Shown here: positions 13,012 through 24,950 of the stretch, in pieces
Position numbering within the stretch: position 1 is the first letter of the stretch
How the letters are laid out: every line of letters begins with the position of its first letter
DNA from: Catajapyx aquilonaris
Lineage: Eukaryota
Direction: 5' to 3'
Length of the DNA: 64,000 bases
Assembly: GCA_000934665.2 (NCBI GenBank)
Contig: KZ538002.1
Span: 186,001 to 250,000 of the forward strand
The notes under the pieces: model-generated
Database searches by the model: none
What the model was told of the DNA's origin: nothing
The model's input: only the letters and a program-made list of their open reading frames with translations
Made by a program: the position numbers and the translations under genes

Positions 13012-13271
13012 CAGTGGCGGATCTAGACGTCGTTGTTGGGGGAGGGGGGGGGGTGATTTGTCGCCGCGCTCGTCCCCCCCCCCCCCCACACCCACCCAAA
13101 AAAGCCCGCCGCAGGCGAAATTTTTTTTAACTCTGTAAGCACATCGGATAAAAGCAAGTAAAATACAATTGCGACATGGCCATTTTTCTGCTTCTTGCTT
13201 CAGCTTGGGGGGGGGGGGGGTGATCACCCCGATCACCCCGATCACCCCCCCCCCCCATAGATCCGCCACTG
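13012..13271. mobile_element. hAT-type MITE (260 bp)
   Basis: 14-bp perfect TIR CAGTGGCGGATCTA / TAGATCCGCCACTG; perfect 8-bp TSD TCTCGGAG (13004-13011, 13272-13279); subterminal GATCACCCC x3. Confidence 0.93.
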
Positions 13272-13607
13272 TCTCGGAGTTACCTATCATGCATGTGATA
13301 AATGTATCAGGAGGCTAGCTAGCTTTTTGGCTTTTTGAAATGTTCCGTTTCTTTGACGTTTGAAGCTGACAGATTCTAAAACGTTCAACGTTGCAGCAAT
13401 ACTGCTATAGCCAATATGAGATCTGACCTCCTTAGTCATCTCTCCTGACCTGGCAGATTCACTCATGGTCTCCGTTTAATAATACACAGGTTTCCAACGA
13501 CCTTTTTATTGTACTAGCCTCGAGCGAGGTTGTCTCGTAACTGATTATACAACTTCAAGCCTCCCTACCAGGTCCAACAAAGACACCCCCGCATCTACTC
13601 CATCTCT

Positions 13608-13923
13608 ACCGAAGCAGTTTGGAGTAGGGGATATGGTGTCCGACTGAGAATCGGGAGGTACTGGGATCAAATCCCGGGGCCGGCAACTCTGACCGTGGTT
13701 TTCTGTGGTTTCCCACGGTCCTTCCAGGAAAATTCCGGAGTTGTTTTCGTAATTAATAGGCCACAGCCGCTTCCTTCCGTCCCTATCCTATCCCATAAAG
13801 CGCAGTAAAATGAAAGCAAAGAGTTCCAGGCAAAACAAAACTTCCCCCCTAAAGAGCCGATAGGCTGATAAATATTATAATTATATAAATATAATAATAA
13901 TAATAATTATTATTATTATTATT
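13608..13923 (+). mobile_element. tRNA-derived SINE, family A (resembles locust Lm1 / termite Talua-type SINEs), copy 1
   Basis: tRNA-like head; body GTGGTTTTCTGTGGTTTCCCACGGTCC...AATTCCGG...TAGGCCACAGCCGCTTCCTTCC shared with the copies at 16891 and 24289; (AAT)n/(TAT)n tail; 15-bp TSD ATCTAC(T/G)CCATCTCT at 13593-13607 and 13924-13938. Confidence 0.9.
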
Positions 13924-16890
13924 ATCTACGCCATCTCTGAGCAAAACTACCAACTCATACAACTCCATCAACTGCCGGGATGATGAAGGGATGTCACACA
14001 CTTTGCAGGAGGTAGTACGCATAACAACCGCTAAGAACAATCGGACTCAAACTTTTTGCTCCTTATATTCTTAAGAAAATATTGACATTCACGAGTAATC
14101 AAATGAATAATTGAAATATTTTGCCAGGTTGCAACCACACTTTGAGAACCACTAACTGGAGTACCGGTACTCATATGTCCAGCATGCCTTTATACATTCC
14201 CTCGCAGGTCGTGCGTCAATTTTTTGGCACGTGGAACTGACATTCTCCTTGTTGTTATTTCTTGTAATAATTAATTTCCCCCAGAAACTGGCTAACACGG
14301 TAGGGGTAGAAAGGCCAGGTCCAAGGTGTGACCTGAGCTGGTCCGCATACCTGCACGGCACAGCGCTGCTATTTGTAATGGGCAGTGACACTTGGAATGC
14401 ATTCCGAAGTGAATGGTTTCTGGCTTGTTTTTGCATGGTCCCAGAGGCTGGCTCCAGCCCGCATTAAAGCGAATCGCTAAAAACGGCGATCGGATTGTCC
14501 TGCGACTAATTTTTCTCCTGGCAAGATGATCAGGGATGACATGCCAGGGGGCTGAACGGAACGGACATTGTTCAAGATTCTCCACGCCTGGGACCCACTT
14601 GCATTGTTCCATCAGCAACAGCGCCATCCATTCAATTCATAATGAGCAATTGGGTCAAATGGGACGGAACTTGCATAGCACCTGGCCCATGTACATACAC
14701 ACACCAAGGAGATGGAGCTATGTGAATTCATGCCCTCTTCCGTCATTGTTTGGGCTGAACCCATATCTATGGCTTCTCATTATGGGATGTAAACATGGAG
14801 AGGGGGTCGGGGGGTGTGCTCGCGCATCGTTGATGGACATTGGAGGTCAGCCTTGGAAAACCTGGAGTCGACTCAGCCGCTTTTCCGACTCAAGAATGTG
14901 CAGGGATATCCAACTATGCCTCCCACACCCTTATACGCATCTATGAATGACTTGATGTTGAAGAATGTCTACTGCTACAGCTGCTACAGCTGCTACAGAC
15001 CACATGATTCGCTATGAATAAAATAACTGAAAAAAGTGAGCAAAGTGGTTGCTGAATTGGCCATAACTAGTGAGATGTATATATGGAAGCCCCACAGCCT
15101 GTGCACAAACTCATTAGAGTCAATTAATAGATAGCGCATCTATGAGTCCTGTTCATATAATATCGGTCCTTCCCATCCCATTAGGAATGATACGCAGCGC
15201 CAAAGCGACCATAAACGCAATAACTTCCAACCGGAATATCTCGCAATTACAGAAAATAATGCGAGTCACTTTCTCATTAGGCGCGGGCCATTCAATTTCA
15301 ATCTGCATGACCGGTGCTTTACAATGCATATTTAAACTGCACATATCATTTATGAACACCCTATATAAACCATGCAAGGATTTGATTTCGCAAATTCGAC
15401 TTCACGCGTTGGATAATGTCAACACATGTTCTCATTACCATGCAAATTTACAGCAGACCATTCGAAAACCAGATTAGACATAGTTTTTTTTTTGTTGGTA
15501 CTCTTTTCCAGCGGCTATCTGTGTTGGTGTGCCCTCCTGTATGTGAGGGCATGGGAACGTGTGGCGCGAAGAGGTTTCAAGGTCGAGCACATTTCCAACA
15601 ATCGCAAATTAACATGACGGCTAAATGAGTCTTTGCTGACTCCGTCACGCCGAAACCTCGTAATGGATCCGGACCGTTTTTTTGTGCATGTGTGTGTAGC
15701 ACCTACGTGGTTTTTTATTTCCCTTTTCTATGGCTTGCCCCAAGCCAACCTCCCCCTTTTTCAAATTACCTGTCCCGCCTATTATAACAGTCGGCCAAAA
15801 TGATTTCTACACGTGTGTGGCTTATGTGTACTCGCACGTGTGAAGTGTGTATATTTGCGTGCACACCGCATGATTCTCCTAATGAGGATAGTTAATTAAG
15901 GCCGCAGTCATGACAACGAACCCAAATCAATGATTTTGCTACAAGACAAACACCCCGTGGAAGAATATGTGAGTCATAAATTATGCCAGTTTGGGTTTGC
16001 ATGATGTAAGTGTGTTGACTGGAAAGGGGGTGAGGTGGGGGGGCCGAGTTCAAACCTGCAATTAGCAGGCCTAAATTAGGACCCCAGCATTTGTTATTAT
16101 TTCTGACACTTCATGCACAAGTTGTGCTAACCTCGGATTACAAACACTTTTTTTTTGTATGGTGAAGCCCGGGCCCCTAATAAAAGCATTCTGTTGGACT
16201 GATAGTGTGGTGTCAGAAAATTGACACTAGCTTGCTTGCAGTTTTCAAATATCAAACTGCTGTAATAATAGTTACCCTCATCCTGGTAGTTAGACGTCCA
16301 TGTACACAGGCGTTCCTGAATAGTCGGGCTGAAATAATTGATGGTTACGTAGCACTCGAGTTATGAAAGGAGATGTCTGAAAAATGTCGATCTACATTTT
16401 AATTATTGAGCAGAACAAGAATAGCGCAATATCGATAATAAACTTCTGGAATTTAATTAATTTGACTTTTATTATACATGTTATTTATTACAGCGTCCTG
16501 ATGAGTTTCCGATGTTACTTTCAGGGAAATGCTACACACTGTAGAGAAACGGTACAATAAAAGCGACACATATTACAGTCATTCTTCCTCCTGCTGAAAA
16601 ACATTGTTGCTTTTAAAATTTTTATGTAATTATGTGTGAAGTCAGAGAGTTTGCAAGTGGTTGGTGATGTGGAGGCTTAACGAGGACGACATATTTTAAA
16701 TAACTTATGTTTTTATTTCTACAATCTCTTAATTGTCAAGCAGCGAAACAACAAGATAATAATAATTATTCTACGACCCATTCCTTCACACCCTGCTGTA
16801 TACATTATTACTTTGTGGATCTCCTCGCGCGTATTTGTCCCTGCAAGCATTGTCTCCAATGGGAGACTCCATTTACATATCAATTATTCC

Positions 16891-17210
16891 ACCGACGCAG
16901 TTTGGTGGAGTGGATAAGGTGTTCGACTGCTAATCGGGAGGTCCTGGGTTCGAGTCCCGGGGCCGGCAATCCTAACCGTGGTTTTCTCTGGTTTCCCACG
17001 GTCCCCTCAGGAGAATTCCGGGATTGCTTCCTAAATAATAGGCCACAGCCGCTTCCTTCCGTCCCTATCCTATCCCAAAAAGCAAAGTAAAATGAAAAAG
17101 GAAAGAGTTCCAGTTAAAATAAAATTGGGATGAACCCCCCCCCCCCCGCCTAAAGAACCGCCGGCTGATAACGGGGTATGAATTATTATTAAATTATTAC
17201 TTTATTATAA
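16891..17210 (+). mobile_element. tRNA-derived SINE, family A, copy 2
   Basis: A box TGGTGGAGTGG, B box GGTTCGAGTCC, same body as the 13608 copy, ATT-rich tail; TSD CAATTATTCCA at 16881-16891 and 17211-17221. Confidence 0.92.
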
Positions 17211-18190
17211 CAATTATTCCATCCAAATGCGAAAAGCAACTTGCATATTTGTACTTACAAAATGCACATACAGTGTAATATCTGCAATTGACAAAATTGT
17301 TTGTGTCAATGTGTTGACGTATATTTTAGAAAGAATGCTCATGTTTTCGCCAGGCGGAAATTTCTTCCAGCTGGCCAACGCTCAAGAATATGTTATCATC
17401 GCCCGAATAATTCCCTGATTTGGACATTTACCGTGGTTAGTTGCATTTTTTACTAGAATAAACTGCCTGTTATTATTGCTATTGTCGTTGGCAGTGGGTG
17501 CTATTTTTGATAATTTTTGACCCCCATTCATTTGAACAATTGATTTACACCATATTGCCATATTGTTATAGGCTACAAGGTGTACAAAGACGACGCCTGC
17601 CATTGGCCGGGAAATGTGACCTACTTGTTCTAAACAAGGCCGCATAAAGAAAGGCTAGAAACACTCAAGTAACAGCCAATCAATAACCTGGTACAGATCC
17701 CAGGCATCTCTGTCACTATATTATTTACATTGAGTAGGGAAGGAGGGGTATGGGGGGTGACCAAAATTGAAATACGGAACATTGGGCCCCCCGAATATGA
17801 CCCGTTCCAATGCACATTCCAAAACGGGGTAAGAACCCCAGTTGTAAATTCAGGCTCTCTTCCCCTTTTATTCAGGTATAAAGGCGCAGTAACACATTAA
17901 TCCGGCCCGAAGCCTCTCAAAGCCTCTGTGGACCATACATTACTTACACCTTTTATCACTCCCTACCCCCCACCCCCTGAAAATACTCCCCATTTTTATT
18001 CCACTCTAATTCCATCATTTCCCAGCGCGATAAATACGTTTATTTTAATTCCTGCTCGGTAATGCATATTGCGTCTGAATATGAACGCGCCCATAACCCC
18101 TACCCTACTTGCTTAATGGGCCACAACTTCCTCCGAAGGCCTGACCATCCGGTCAAATCCGGATATTCTGCTCATATGCACTCCTCTTCC

Positions 18191-18248
<58 letters not shown>
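18191..18248. repeat. (TAT)n microsatellite
   Basis: Direct reading. Confidence 0.95.
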
Positions 18249-18251
<3 letters not shown>

Positions 18252-20328
18252 TCTGGCCTAGTTGCTTAATGGGGTTCCGGGTGACCATTCTGAAATTCTA
18301 TATTTGAAAAAAATACATATCCGGAAGATTTTCTTTCTCCCCCCCCCTCCCCCTCCGGCCGTCTCTGGTTCCCCTTCCAGCCAAGTTAGCATAATTCAAC
18401 GAGCTATTCCGAAAGCCGAAAATATACAATTTTCCAGCATGTGGATAAGGTTCTTAGCGGGGGCAGAAATTGCACTATACGAACTTATTTAATCTGCTTT
18501 TTATGTGCCACTCGGAATCCGGGCCAACGATCCGCGGCGAGGCGAGAGAAGCGAAAAAGCTTCATGGTGAAGGGGGGGGGGAGGCGGGGGAGTAAAAAAA
18601 AGAGGGAGAGAGGGGAGGGAGGGGGTCTTCTATCTGCTCCCAGGGTCCCAATCCTTGACATTAATGCATATGACATATGGAATTACTCCTTTTTCCATTC
18701 CACTATTATCGCCCCGTCCCTTTAAAAAAAAGAAGTGTGCTTGATAGGAACCATGGAAGTGATCTCTTCTATGACTCAGAATCCATCTGTGCAATATTGA
18801 TAAAAGTTGAAAAATGGATATTTACACTATGGGCAAAGGGGGGGTAGGGGCAGGGGTGGGGGGGTGCTGCCGCTTTCTATGGCACTCTGGAAAATCACAA
18901 TTTCCATTTCCTGCGTAAATATGCATGGGCAAATGGAGTCCCATACGCCATTATTTATCCCATAAATTGGTGGCGGTGTGCGAGAGGCTTTCAAGCGGCA
19001 AACTGCTTTTATCAAATGTGAGGGTAGGGAGGGTAGGTGGTAAAGGGGGGGTTGGGCTCCGTTTCTGAGGTTTTTATTACCGTTTGTATGCGACTATTGG
19101 CCATAACTCCTCGCCAACTTAGCCACTTCATTATTCGATTGGAGGAAATCAGTCCCTATATATTAACATGATCCTCTCTGTGTGCCACCCTCTTTTTCTT
19201 TTGATGGTCCCCACCCCACCATACTAGCTCCTCTTCGACGTTTAAACACTTGGGCTGAGTGCCACTGATAAGGTTACCATAAAAAGTGAGGAAAAAAGGT
19301 CGCTCATAGTGGAGACTCAATCCTGACTTGAAAGTGGGTGGGAGTTGGGTGTTTAGGAAATGAGACCAGGTGTCCAAAAGTTGCATATGACAAATGGAAG
19401 TCGAATCTTCTCAAGCTGATTCCCTCCCTCCCTCTCTCCGTGGATCGTTTCTATGAACCGCACAATCTGCATGGTATATCATGAGCGACAAAAGATGGCG
19501 ATTTTTGTGGGGGGGATTCCAGGCTGAATATTGGAAGTTCGACGGTGTTGCTGGAAAAACCTTTCCAGCCGATGCATTCTTTCTGTTTGTTGGCTCAGAA
19601 TCTATATCCTCCCCCACCATGGCTTCCATATACTGCGGTGGCCCCCAAATACCTGTGTAACTATTACTGTAATGGAGGCATGTAATGCTCCCCGCCCGAA
19701 TTATTATCGAAATTGCTTTTTTGTTTACCTTGACGTTTTACCAAGAGCAATGCAGGAGGATATTCCGATAATAATCGAACCCCTCCCCCCCTCCCTCATC
19801 CCTCGTTTGCATTATGGATACCCCCCTTCCCCTCCAATCGGAAAATGGTGGCTGGGATATTCCGCACTGGCATAGGATCTCGTCTAGCTACTAATATATA
19901 GCTCCTCTAGTGTATGGACTATCCTGTTTATGGGGATTCCACAGTTTCCCAAAATAATAATAAAACTGGCGCTTTTGTGGGGGGGTTAAATGTGGGCGCG
20001 AAGGCAAGGGAGTTTTGCACACCCAAAGTTGGCTAATTAGAGTTTGCGGTTCATTATAATGCGATAAATGTGCAGGCCAATTTGGCACACCGTGTATGTA
20101 CAAATGGATGGTGATTTTTAGGTGGGGGGATTCATTCAATTTTATCGAATTGTTTTTGTTTCTTTGCAAATGTAACTGATCATTTTGATTTCGGGTCATC
20201 AGTTTTTTCTGTACTTTGATTTCAAACAGTGAAATACTGATTTTTTAATTAGTACTACTATACCGTACACAATAACATTTCACCAAAAAATGAATGTTTC
20301 GAGTCTTGCCAATCCCTGCCTCCTTTAT

Positions 20329-20598
20329 TACGCACAATTAAGCGAGTACTATAACACAACCTTAACTACTGTACAACTTAATATATACCCGTCCCTAATC
20401 TAATTACACTCGAGATCACACCATACCTGTCTATATCCGCCACAGGAGAGGCGCTTCATGTGAAGTCTAGCTATTATGCCCAACCACTCGAGTCATCCCA
20501 ACTAGGTATGTCTCCCTTAAAGGTGGAAATAGACAGGTCGTAATGTAGTTGTGAGGTTGTGTTAGTAGACTACTACTCTACTAGCTTAATTTTGCGTC
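20329..20598. repeat. Degenerate fold-back element
   Basis: ACGCACAATTAAGC..TAACACAACCT vs AGGTTGTGTTA..GCTTAATTTTGCGT, and inner ACCTGTCTAT vs ATAGACAGGT. Confidence 0.5.
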
Positions 20599-20810
20599 GC
20601 TAAGAAGCGGACGCATAATTCACTGGCATATAAAATCACATGTATTATACTCTGAGAGAGAGAGAAAAAGAGAGAATAAGATGAAAGCTGGGAAATGTCC
20701 CATGCTCATTGTCAGCAATGTGACTAAAATTCTAAATTACCCATGAAAGGCATTTTAAAATTGTGCTATGCAAAAAAAAAAAAAACCCTTGGTATACCAA
20801 AATGCAATAG

Positions 20811-20815
20811 AAAAA
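20811..20815 (-). terminator. Pol III oligo-T terminator of tRNA-Ser
   Basis: TTTTT on the - strand 3 nt after the tRNA 3' end; a longer T run follows at about 20772-20785. Confidence 0.75.
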
Positions 20816-20818
20816 GTT

Positions 20819-20900
20819 CGACGTGGACGGGATTCGAACCCGCGCGGGTAGAACCCATAGGATTAGCAGTCCAACGCCTTAACCGCTCGGCCACCACGTC
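20819..20900 (-). tRNA. tRNA-Ser(GCT)
   Basis: Reverse complement is GACGTGGTGGCCGAGCGGTTAAGGCGTTGGACTGCTAATCCTATGGGTTCTACCCGCGCGGGTTCGAATCCCGTCCACGTCG (82 nt). Perfect 7-bp acceptor stem, A and B boxes, GCT anticodon, long variable arm GGGT-TCT-ACCC, G discriminator. Confidence 0.95.
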
Positions 20901-21124
20901 TGTTAATTAAACGTAACACCTCCGCAATCACTTCATTTGATTAGATGTGGTTGAGGGTTGGACATTTTTCCTAGAGATGGCGGGATGACTGTCTAGTGTC
21001 TAGTGGCGCGCCTGGTGGTAGGTATGGGAGTCGCTTTAGGTTAGGCCTAGGGGGAGGGGAGGGGAGAGGAGAGCTGGCACGTGGTGGATGGAATAGGTCA
21101 CCTGGGTCATTCCTCGTCAGTTAA

Positions 21125-21245
21125 AAACGAGATAAGCACGTGGCATCTCGGATTACTTCAAACATTTGTTTGAAGTAATCCGAGATGCCACGTGCTTATC
21201 TCGTTTAGTGTGGAGTACTTCCACAATGTTGTGGAAGTACTCCAC
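21125..21245. repeat. Two adjacent perfect palindromes (40-bp and 17-bp arms)
   Basis: 21125-21206: 40-bp perfect arms around a TT centre. 21210-21245: GTGGAGTACTTCCACAA-TG-TTGTGGAAGTACTCCAC. Confidence 0.97.
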
Positions 21246-21949
21246 CATAAACAAACGTTGCCTATGACCATTAGTCTGGAATCGATTTTGTAGCGAGTTA
21301 CGAGAGATTAAAATTTTAATGTTTCGCAAAGGATATCTTTCAGGATGATATTTTCCGCCGACCGCCACAATTTTTAGTACTTGGGCATTGTTCGTAATAA
21401 TGTCCAATGAAAAAGTGAAACTCAGTTTTGCTCCATACATTCGGGTTTTGCGAAAATCCGCATTTCAAATTTTTAATGGTGCAATTTTTCCAGGTTAAAA
21501 ATCACGATAGGACTCATAATGAACTATGTTTGATAATGTGTTATTTTATATTTCACTCAATGGTATAGGCCTACATTGTTACTGATTTTTTTGAGATCCC
21601 AATTGTTCATTAAGTAGTAAGGTTATGTGAAACTCGATACATATTACAGGCACATATACCCCTCTTAACATAGAAATGTGATTAAGCTAATAGGCTATTC
21701 ATATTGAAAATTGCCCGTCATATGAGTTGCCGTGTTTATAGGGTGTATTGTTGCACTTCAGAGAATTCATCGAAATGACACTTGAAGTTCCGGCGGAAAC
21801 AAATTATGCGAATAATTGCTATTACATTACTGAATTTTGCAACATTTTGATTAAAACACACGCAGGGTGCAATAGGAGGAGAAAGTTATGAAGTATGAAC
21901 TCAAACAGGAGCGGAGGTCGGGGGAGGGAAAGGGGCTGCGCTGACAGCT

Positions 21950-22160
21950 ACTGTAAACACCACCTCTGAGGACCAGCGTTCGATCCCCGGGTCGGGCATA
22001 TGATTTTTTTCATGTGTTCTCTCTGGGTTCGTGTGGGTTTTCTTGTGGTTCTCCTCATTCCTCCCACAAATAATAATTTCAAGAATAATTTCGTATAATT
22101 TGAGCAAGGATTTAATAAATGAGGGAAATTAAAAGCTGATGGTCTCCGAAGAGGCCACAC
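21950..22160 (+). mobile_element. Degenerate SINE, family C (V-domain-like core)
   Basis: B-box-like GTTCGATCCCC followed by CATGTGTTCTCTCTGGGTTCGTGTGGGTTTTCTTGTGGTTCTCCTCATTCCTCCCACA; homologous to 10359-10490. Boundaries approximate. Confidence 0.6.
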
Positions 22161-24288
22161 ACGTACAGGTTTCCACTGTATCCAGGGTTCGTTATACTGT
22201 TTTCATACAAGGTGTTCCTCTGCCCAAGTTCACGATCCGGATTATGAGGGACCGGCGGGGAAGAATTGAAGGATTAGTCATACCTGTTCTAACTCCAGTC
22301 CAGACTCGACACAAGGGTTACCTTTACCTTTTTGCATCCCGCCGACTTTGTTTACATGGCCACCCACTGCAGTTATGAAGTATTTTTCTTTAACCATGGT
22401 AAGTATTCCTGTGTGTCTGGTAGTGCAGAAATGGGTGACAGTCGGGACTCGAATTGAGAGAAGACAGTCATAATTATGCAAGCTGGTGTTGACTTGGCAA
22501 CCGCGCGGTGTCCGGAGCTCCCACCCACCCCCTTTCCCCGCTTTTTCATGCGGAAAGACGGTGCTGGTCTTAACTTCTCAACTATTAAAAGGTCATATTA
22601 AAATTTTGACTTACTGTTCTGACAATATATTTAATATCGAAAATGCTACGCCCGTTCTACCAGTCTAACGTAGAAGTATGTACGAATTCGGTAAGCTGGT
22701 TGGTAGTACACTAGACTTCATAATTCTGATCAACTCGACCAGTTAAGTTGTTATAAACTGAACATCTGAAAGCGAAATGAGCTAATTTATCATTGTTCCA
22801 CAAAACGATTCTTTTGAGCAAGTAGTCTTCGAGATCTATATTTTGGAAACTGGCCTAGTAGCTCCATATAAACGACACTTGCTATTTAATCGTTGTAAAT
22901 TTTTAATTAAATCCGTACTTATCTCTGCATGACAAATAGAGAATTATCCTAGGCCTTGTGTCAGTGCTGGAATTGTATCATTATCTACATTACTCAGAAC
23001 TCTGTGCGTCGTATAACACAGGAGTCTATATCAAGTTTCACAATAGTAATCCATCAACTCTCCCCACGTCCCCCATCTTCCGGATCGTCAACTTAGGCAG
23101 AAGAACACCCTGTATAGCTCTGTTTCACTGCAATGTCTCTACCAGATAGCGTAAAAAAGAGCCTTCCACTAAAAACATTATACTTCAATGTTTACTTCCA
23201 TATGCTTATTTGATGATAAGGGTCCTTCCTGTGAATTAGCTCGGATAAACAACAAAACGCGTGTTCCTGTTCACTGTAAACATATCCGCGTCTATTTCTA
23301 ACCCTGACTCACATATGAGCAGAGTAAAATTTTATTTCCTACTCTCTAAGAACAAACATGTTGCGTTGGAATTTCCATTACAATCAAATTTCCCGAACAA
23401 TATCGAATTTTCAATACCTTTTCCACTTACGACTGGTTCGGACTTCGGAACTATTATTGCAAATCCCCCCCCCCCNCCCCCCAATGTTCATAGTTTATAC
23501 AATATAGCTTAACTATCCACAGGACTATGCTGTGATTGCATAATAAGTCACACACCGAAGTTACATGTGTGGATGAATCACTCTACATTTTTATCGCCGT
23601 TTAATGCTTCTGACCGCGTTCGTGTATTACATCACTTGAGATATGAAGGTTGGATCCTGAGGCACGCCTTATTGCACATATGACACTCTTATTGCGAGCT
23701 ATCTCCCAGGCCACTCCTGCCGATAATAAAATCTGCATCTGTGCACCCTTTTTGAACTGCACCAGCCGCATTCAAATTAATCTACTCGAGCGTCGTCTCC
23801 GTCTAAAAATGCCGACCACCCCACACCCTAACCCTCAGTGTTTTAATTAATATTCTTGACCACTCCCAAGTCTGGCATATTATTTTGGAAAAAAAAAAAC
23901 AGGAATGAAATTTTCTCCTTTTTAATCTGAGGCCATTTTCATGCGTTTTGCTTCTGGAAATTAATCAAAATGGAGTAAAACTAGTAACGTGCTTGCTCAT
24001 CTATGGTCGCCGGCTGGCCAGTCCACTCTTAATTTCGTACTGCCAGCAAATGGAATTATGTTATTATGCCCTCTGCTCTTTGGACTGTGTTCGGAGTTGC
24101 AGGGGATGGGGAGAAAGAGGGGTGGAGGAGAGAGGGAAGGAGGGAGGGCTGCTGGAAAAATGAGAAACTGCTCCAAGGGCGTAGCCAGAGTTTGACTAGG
24201 GCTCCAAATATTAATGACTAAATAAATATCAACCCAGATATGTACGTCGTCCTGTTCATAAGGAACGTATTTAAAAATCAAATATAAA

Positions 24289-24581
24289 ACCGGAGCAGGT
24301 TAGTGTAGTGGTCATGGAGTCCGACTGGGTCCTGGGTTCGATTCCCGGGACCAGCGATCCTGACCGTGGTTTTCTGTGGTTTTCCACGGTCCCCCCCAGG
24401 ATAATTCCGGGGTCGCTTCCGTACAATAGGCTACAGCCGCTTCCTTCCTTCCATATCCTTGGCCCCATCCACGTGTGAGGAAGATTTTCAGAAAGATTGA
24501 GAGGTAAAATGGTGGTATTCCACCTCCCCACCCCCAATAGAGCGCCGATTCTCCCAATGGGGTAATATAAATAAATAAAAA
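24289..24581 (+). mobile_element. tRNA-derived SINE, family A variant with a family-B-like 3' end
   Basis: ACCGGAGCAG start, B box GGTTCGATTCC, family A body to CAGCCGCTTCCTTCC, then AAAATGGTGGTATTCCAC...GGGGTAA and an A-rich tail. Confidence 0.85.
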
Positions 24582-24585
24582 TGTT

Positions 24586-24950
24586 GGAGGTGTGGTGGCC
24601 GTGATGGTAACGTCACGGCTTGCTGAGTGAAAGGCCCCAGGTTCGATCCCCGCCTGGGAAACTTTCCTTTCACCTGCGTCAGGAGGGTCTCTGACCTGCA
24701 CCAAGCAGGTGTCTGGCAACCTAACCTCCTGGGGAACAGCACATGACCCCTTTACCGACATTGCACTTGCACCTATGTTCCCTCCCCAAAAAATCCCTAT
24801 CCCTACCCTACATCCTTGTCTCCTTGCACCGGTGAATGAAGTTAAGGAGTGAAAATGGTGGTATCCCACCCCCCTAAAAAGGCCTTAGCACGGGGTAACG
24901 TAAAAAAATAGTAAAAAATAAATAAATAAAAATAAATAAAATAAAAATAA
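24586..24950 (+). mobile_element. tRNA-derived SINE, family B, copy 1 (abuts the tail of the family A copy)
   Basis: A box TGGCCGTGATGG, B box GGTTCGATCCC; highly similar to the - strand copy at 30964-31304; A-rich tail at 24901-24950. Confidence 0.9.

Noticed and set aside
16497..16552. CTGATGAG...GAAAC as a possible hammerhead ribozyme core
   Set aside because: I could not build stems I-III with correctly placed GAAA and a cleavage triplet. The same applies to CTGATGA at about 31457 and 60773.
21036..21045. TTAGGTTAGG arthropod telomeric repeat
   Set aside because: Only two units; not an interstitial telomere.
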